Shown piece after piece: positions 58,527 through 64,000 of a stretch of DNA of 64,000 bases. Positions within the stretch are counted from its first letter, which is position 1. Each line of letters starts with the position of its first letter. The notes beneath the pieces are model-generated. The model had not been told where the DNA came from. It ran no database searches and was given only the letters and a program-made list of their open reading frames with translations. The DNA lies in the NCBI GenBank assembly GCA_963735205.1, contig CAVTKB010000009.1:488942-552941 (forward strand). Reading direction: 5' to 3'. The stretch comes from an uncultured Acidobacteriota bacterium (GTDB taxonomy: Bacteria > Acidobacteriota > Terriglobia > Terriglobales > Acidobacteriaceae). Both the position numbers and the translations under genes were made by a program.

Positions 58527-59942
58527 TTAAGCATTGATCGCGATTCCATACACGCTGTTCGCCGCGTCCAGCATGGCTTCGGCCAACGTTGGGTGGGCGT
58601 GGATGGTCCACATTAAATCTTCGACCGTCGCTTCTAGTTCCATGGCGACGACGGCTTCGGCGATCAGTTCTGTGGCTTGCGGGCCGATGATGTGGACTCC
58701 TAGAATTTCGCCGTAGTCGGCGTCGCTTACGATTTTGATGAAGCCTTCGTGCTGGCCGACGATGCTGGCGCGCGAGTTCGCGGTGAAGGGGAATTTGCCG
58801 ATCTTCACGTTGTATCCGGCTTCACGGGCTTTGGTTTCGGTTAAGCCGACGCTGCCGATTTCGGGATGGCAGTAGGTGGCGCCGGGGATGTGTTCGGGGT
58901 TGATCGGCTTGGCGGGTTTGCCGGCGATTTTCGCGACGGCGACCAGGGCTTCCATGGCGCCGACGTGGGCCAGTTGCGGTGTGCCGAGCACGATGTCGCC
59001 GACGGCGTAGATGCCGGGCTCGGAGGTTTGCATCCAGGAGTCGGTTTTGATGAATTCGCGGTCAGGCTTGATTTTTGTTTTCTCCAAGCCGATGTTGTGC
59101 GTGCGCGGCTTACGGCCGACAGCGACCAGGATTTTTTCGGCGTCGATTTTCTGCTGTTTGCCTTCGACGCTGATGGTGACGGCTACGCCCGACTTTGTCT
59201 TTTCGACTTTGTCGACTTTCGCGCTGGTGTGGAAGTTGATATTGCGTTTGCGGAAGACGCGGGCTAGTTCCTTCGAAACTTCTTCGTCTTCGACCGGGAC
59301 CAGGCGCGGCAGCATTTCGACGATTGTCACCTCGGTGTCGAACGAGCGATAGATTGAGGCGAACTCGACGCCGACGGCTCCCGCGCCAACGACGACGAGC
59401 GACTTCGGAATTTCTTTCAAGCTGAGGATTTCGATGTTGGTGAGAGTGCGATCGTCGGCTTCGAGGCCGGGCAGCATGCGGGCTTCGGAGCCGGTGGCGA
59501 GAATTATGTTTTTCGCTTTGAGATGGCTGGCTTTGTTGTCGTTCATTAGTTCGATCGTGAAGATGCCGTTTTGCGCCGGGCCGGTGAGTTTGCCGTAGCC
59601 TTTCACGGTGTCGACTTTGTTTTTCTTCATCAGGAACTCCAGGCCCTTGGCGTGCTTCGAGACGATTTTTGTCTTTCTCTCCTGCACAGCCGCCCAATTG
59701 AGTTTGCGGGCATCGACGCCTTCGATGCCGAATTCTTTCGCGTCTTTCAGGTGATCCCAGAGTTCCGCGTTGAAGAGCAGGGCTTTCGTCGGGATGCAGC
59801 CGACGTGCAGGCAGGTGCCGCCGAGGAATCCGTCTTTTTCGATGAGTGCGGTTTTCAGGCCGTATTGGCCAGCACGGATCGCGGCCGTGTATCCGGCGGG
59901 GCCGCTGCCGATGATGGCGATGTCATAGATTGTGTCGGGCAA
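58527..59942 (-). CDS. lpdA: dihydrolipoyl dehydrogenase (E3)
   Basis: 'IIGSGPAGY' FAD motif and redox centre 'GGTCLHVGCIPTK'. GAGGAG Shine-Dalgarno plus TTG start. Confidence 0.9.
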   Translation of the reverse strand: MPDTIYDIAIIGSGPAGYTAAIRAGQYGLKTALIEKDGFLGGTCLHVGCIPTKALLFNAELWDHLKDAKEFGIEGVDARKLNWAAVQERKTKIVSKHAKGLEFLMKKNKVDTVKGYGKLTGPAQNGIFTIELMNDNKASHLKAKNIILATGSEARMLPGLEADDRTLTNIEILSLKEIPKSLVVVGAGAVGVEFASIYRSFDTEVTIVEMLPRLVPVEDEEVSKELARVFRKRNINFHTSAKVDKVEKTKSGVAVTISVEGKQQKIDAEKILVAVGRKPRTHNIGLEKTKIKPDREFIKTDSWMQTSEPGIYAVGDIVLGTPQLAHVGAMEALVAVAKIAGKPAKPINPEHIPGATYCHPEIGSVGLTETKAREAGYNVKIGKFPFTANSRASIVGQHEGFIKIVSDADYGEILGVHIIGPQATELIAEAVVAMELEATVEDLMWTIHAHPTLAEAMLDAANSVYGIAINA

Positions 59943-60091
59943 AGTGGTGCTCCTCTATTAGGTACGGATGATGATGAGCAAACGTTTGATTCTAGAACAG
60001 GCCGGGTGGTGGGGCCAAATGGTCGGAGCGCGACAGGGGGACGCAGTGTGAGAATTCCTGGCTCAGCCGGTGCCACTGACGGCGGGCACGA

Positions 60092-60152
60092 GGTCCTTCG
60101 ACTGCGAAACAGCCTCGCTTATCGCGAGGCTGTTTCTTCGCTCAGGATGACA
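60092..60152. repeat. ...GGATGACA family repeat containing a 12-bp hairpin
   Basis: 'ggtccttcgactgcg aaacagcctcgc ttat gcgaggctgttt cttcgctcaggatgaca'. Located between the rpsA stop and the lpdA start. Confidence 0.7.
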
Positions 60153-60166
60153 GTGCTGGGGTGACG

Positions 60167-62095
60167 TTAGTTGTTTTCGTTGCTGGCGCGTTTCCAGTTA
60201 ATCAGTTCACCGATGGTGGAACTGGTGCTGGAGACGGGTTGTTTGTAGGCTTCCACTTCCGAGCGCGAGGCTTCTTCGCCGACGGCGCGGATGCTGAGTC
60301 CGACTTTCTTTTCTTCCGGACTCATTTTGATGATCTTGAAGTCGTGCTCGAAGCCGGGCTCCAGCGTAAGCGGCTGGCCGTTTTCGTCGGCGGCTTCGGA
60401 CTTGTGGCAGAGGCCTTCAACGCCTTCCGCGATTTCGACGAACGCGCCGAACGCGGCCACGCGCAGGACTTTGCCCTTCACGACATCGCCGATGTGATGA
60501 GTCTGGAAGAAAGACTCCCAGACATCGGGCTGGAGTTGTTTGACGCCGAGTGAGAGGCGACGCTTGTCGGGTTCGATCGCTAGCACGATCGCTTTGACAC
60601 GATCGCCTTTCTTCAAGACTTCTGAAGGATGCTTTACACGCTTGGTCCAGCTCAGGTTGCTGACGTGGACCAGGCCGTCGATGCCGTCTTCGATTTCGAT
60701 GAAGGCGCCGAAGTCGGTGAGGTTGCGGACGCGACCTTCGACGGTCATGCCTACGGGGAACTTCTCATGCAGAGAGTCCCACGGATTGGCTGCCAGTTGC
60801 CGCATTCCGAGCGAAATGCGCCGCTCGGTCGGATTCACGTTTAGAACCACGCACTCGACCTGATCGCCGACGTTGACCAGCTTCGATGGATGCTTCATGC
60901 GCTTCGACCAGGTCATTTCGCTGACGTGGACCAGGCCTTCGATGCCCTGTTCGAGTTCGACGAATGCGCCGTAGTCGGTGACGCTGATGACGCGGCCGCC
61001 AACGTGCGCGCCTTCGGGGTAGCGATGCTCGGCATCGAGCCAAGGGTCAGGCGTGAGTTGCTTGAATCCCAGCGAAACGCGCTGCTTGTCTTTGTCGTAC
61101 TTCAGGACCTTTACTTGAATCTGGTCGCCGACGTTGACCAAGTCTTTCGGGTGAGTCAGGCGTCCCCAGGACATGTCGGTGATGTGAAGCAAGCCGTCGA
61201 GGCCGCCGAGGTCGACGAACGCGCCGTACTCGGTGAGGTTCTTGACTACGCCGGTGAGGACTGATCCTTCTTCAAGGTGCTCGAGGGTCTTGGAACGCTT
61301 TTCGTTCTGCTCACCTTCGAGCAGATCTTTGCGCGAAACGACGATGTTGCCGCGCTTCTTGTTCAGCTTGATGACCATGACTTCGAGGGTCTGGCCTTTC
61401 ATGCCGTCAAGATTGCGGATAGGGCGCAGATCGACCTGCGAGCCGGGCAGGAAAGCGTGGGCGCCGAGAATGTCGACGGTGAGGCCGCCCTTGATGCGGT
61501 CGACGACGACGGCGTTGATCGGCTTCTTGTCGTTGTAAGCTTTTTCGATTTCTTCCCAGGCGTGAATGCGTTGCGCCTTCTGGTGCGAGAGGTTGATGTA
61601 GCCTTCCTCGGCCTGTCCCTTCTCGCGCATCACGTCGATCTCGTCACCGGGCTTGAACTTGGGCTTGCCCTCGTGATCGAGCACTTCCGCCAGCGGCAGC
61701 ATGCCTTCCGACTTGGCACCGATGTCCACGACCACGTGCGTCGCAGTCAGCTTCAGCACCGTGCCCTTGATGACGCGATCTTCACTCACGGCCTCTTCGG
61801 CTTCGGTGGTGAAGGTCTCCAGCACGGAGGCGAAGTCTTCGACGGGAGCAGACTTTTCGTCCGCGGCCTTCTCGTCGATCTTTTCTTCGGACTTCTCTTC
61901 GACGGCGGAGGACGCGTGCGCCTGGGCGGATTGGTCGTCGCTTGAACGATCGACGCTTAAGCGATCGTCGTTTGAATGCTCGGTGGAGGCGGCAGCCTGA
62001 TTCAGTTCGGGCTGGTGCAGCTGCTCTGTCGTCGGTTCTTCAGTTACGACAGCGGAGTTGGATTCGGAGTTGTGGGCGGTGGTCTCGTCGAACAA
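60167..62095 (-). CDS. rpsA: 30S ribosomal protein S1
   Basis: Six S1 OB-fold repeats ('G.V..V...GAFV(D/E)(L/I)', 'HVSE(M/L)(S/T)W'). An acidic N-terminal extension of about 110 aa exists only if the TTG at 62095 is the real start. Confidence 0.9.
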   Translation of the reverse strand: MFDETTAHNSESNSAVVTEEPTTEQLHQPELNQAAASTEHSNDDRLSVDRSSDDQSAQAHASSAVEEKSEEKIDEKAADEKSAPVEDFASVLETFTTEAEEAVSEDRVIKGTVLKLTATHVVVDIGAKSEGMLPLAEVLDHEGKPKFKPGDEIDVMREKGQAEEGYINLSHQKAQRIHAWEEIEKAYNDKKPINAVVVDRIKGGLTVDILGAHAFLPGSQVDLRPIRNLDGMKGQTLEVMVIKLNKKRGNIVVSRKDLLEGEQNEKRSKTLEHLEEGSVLTGVVKNLTEYGAFVDLGGLDGLLHITDMSWGRLTHPKDLVNVGDQIQVKVLKYDKDKQRVSLGFKQLTPDPWLDAEHRYPEGAHVGGRVISVTDYGAFVELEQGIEGLVHVSEMTWSKRMKHPSKLVNVGDQVECVVLNVNPTERRISLGMRQLAANPWDSLHEKFPVGMTVEGRVRNLTDFGAFIEIEDGIDGLVHVSNLSWTKRVKHPSEVLKKGDRVKAIVLAIEPDKRRLSLGVKQLQPDVWESFFQTHHIGDVVKGKVLRVAAFGAFVEIAEGVEGLCHKSEAADENGQPLTLEPGFEHDFKIIKMSPEEKKVGLSIRAVGEEASRSEVEAYKQPVSSTSSTIGELINWKRASNENN

Positions 62096-62379
62096 GGTTA
62101 TGCCTCTCTGATGACGGGATGCGGGGCCTGCTTTGCGGACTGCTGGACGAGTCGTTTGGTTGTGGTGGGCCCACCCTGGCGAGTGAGCTTGGACAATCCC
62201 AGCGGTCGGACGTTTTCACAGAGAACCCGCGTCCAATGGGAACTCTTCGACTATAGCAACCGCGCGCGAACAGTGTCAAACCCAATTCGTGCACATGTTA
62301 CAGGAAGGTTTCAATGTGAGGTAATGTGCGGTAATGTGCGGTTTCGAAACCCGCCGCGCATCTGCTAACCTGCCCTGCT

Positions 62380-62859
62380 ATGGATTATCTCTGGACGCCG
62401 TGGCGGTACGCTTATGTTTCGTCCACGGAAAAAACCGGCGGATGCGTGTTCTGCGACGCGCCCAAGGAAGATGACGCGAAGGCGCTCATTGTGCATCGCG
62501 GCCAGCATTGCTTCGTGATTTTGAATGCGTTTCCGTACACGCCGGGGCACGTGATGATCGTGCCGTACGCGCATCTGGACGAGTTGCAGAAACTTCCCGT
62601 CGATGCGGCGCAGGAGATGATGGCGCTTTCACAGCGGATGGAATCGGTGCTGCGCGAGTTATACCGGCCGGACGGAATTAATTTGGGGATGAATATTGGC
62701 AAGGCGGCTGGGGCGGGGATTGCAGGGCACATTCACATGCACGTGTTGCCGCGGTGGGTGGCGGATGCGAATTTCGTGTCGGTGATTGGGGAGACGCGGG
62801 TACTGCCGGAGACGCTGGATGTGACCTGGGCGAGGATGCGGGAGGCGATGGAGACTTGA
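62380..62859 (+). CDS. HIT-family (histidine triad) nucleotide hydrolase/transferase
   Basis: 'NAFPYTPGHVMIVP' and the triad 'GHIHMHVLPR'. Confidence 0.85.
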   Translation: MDYLWTPWRYAYVSSTEKTGGCVFCDAPKEDDAKALIVHRGQHCFVILNAFPYTPGHVMIVPYAHLDELQKLPVDAAQEMMALSQRMESVLRELYRPDGINLGMNIGKAAGAGIAGHIHMHVLPRWVADANFVSVIGETRVLPETLDVTWARMREAMET

Positions 62860-62860
62860 G

Positions 62861-63340
62861 ATGAACTCCATGTACTCTGTCGAACTAAACGAGCAACTCA
62901 AGACATTTGACTGCCCGGATTGCGGCAGAAAGTCCGTCACAGTTTGGGGTTGGGTTTCAAAGGACGGCGCTGCTCACGCGGTTTACTATGCTGGACTGAT
63001 GACCGGGCATGAGCAGCCTTCTGTGCGAATGACCATCAGCGTTGGTGGCTGGGGAGTGGACAATTCGGACGAACAGGACGTACAGTCGCGGAATTGGCTC
63101 TTCATGGAGGCCCGACCCACAACGGATAGTTACGAAGTGATGGTGCGCGAACCGGAGGAATCTTTCTATTTTGGCAAACAACTGCTAGGTAAGGCGATGA
63201 GTCGCGCGGCGGTCCTAGCGAGTCCAGACTTGAATGAGTTCTTCGCGGTAGTGGACTTTGTAGCGTTCAACGACCCGGCAGTGAAGTCCTATTTGATCGG
63301 ACAACCGGTTAGCGCGTCGGGCCGCAAGGGCACCGAATAG
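62861..63340 (+). CDS. hypothetical protein (159 aa) with N-terminal CPDC motif
   Basis: The ATG lies 1 nt after the HIT stop. 'TFDCPDCGRKSVTVWGWV'. AT-richer than its neighbours. No recognised family. Confidence 0.5.
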   Translation: MNSMYSVELNEQLKTFDCPDCGRKSVTVWGWVSKDGAAHAVYYAGLMTGHEQPSVRMTISVGGWGVDNSDEQDVQSRNWLFMEARPTTDSYEVMVREPEESFYFGKQLLGKAMSRAAVLASPDLNEFFAVVDFVAFNDPAVKSYLIGQPVSASGRKGTE

Positions 63341-63343
63341 AAA

Positions 63344-64000
<657 letters not shown>

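Overview
GC-rich bacterial chromosomal segment. It looks Acidobacteriota/Terriglobia-like, judging by CarboxypepD_reg-type TonB-dependent receptors, a DUF3857/transglutaminase/TPR giant protein and dense 'TGTCATCCTGAG...GGATGACA' palindromic intergenic repeats. This taxonomic call is inference only; no search was run. No rRNA, tRNA or CRISPR array was recognised. Housekeeping content: greA; an ABC-2 exporter with a DesK/DesR-like two-component system; two convergent TonB-dependent receptors; vapBC; two tandem quinone oxidoreductase paralogs; an MltD-like lytic transglycosylase; an S9 prolyl oligopeptidase; a GGDEF cyclase; a minus-strand 2-oxoacid dehydrogenase/lipoylation cluster (lpdA-lipB-E1alpha-E1beta-E2); rpsA; a HIT protein; and the 3' end of ligA. 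Accessory or unusual content, in window order: (1) An XRE/S24-like regulator locus at 9.2-12.2 kb carries four copies of a near-palindromic box and an untracked 43-aa secreted Cys peptide. (2) An IS1182-family element with perfect 18-bp terminal inverted repeats is flanked by a frameshifted gene and a nonsense-disrupted CPBP protease gene. (3) A divergent pair of paralogous small CxxC...HxxC proteins is absent from the ORF track. (4) A papain-like peptidase and a membrane protein sit behind 15-bp tandem repeats. (5) A second XRE/S24-like regulator faces a five-gene regulatory operon: YezD-like protein, Zn-ribbon protein, sigma-r4-like protein, Lys-rich protein and a dual-specificity phosphatase. 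(6) Unrelated, AT-richer genes are wedged into the dehydrogenase cluster, including a signal-peptide-bearing proteasome-beta/HslV-like Ntn hydrolase. (7) A repeat element is inserted in frame inside lipB. Start codons are often uncertain, because many longest ORFs begin at TTG or GTG. All family assignments come from motif recognition by eye and need HMM or BLAST confirmation.
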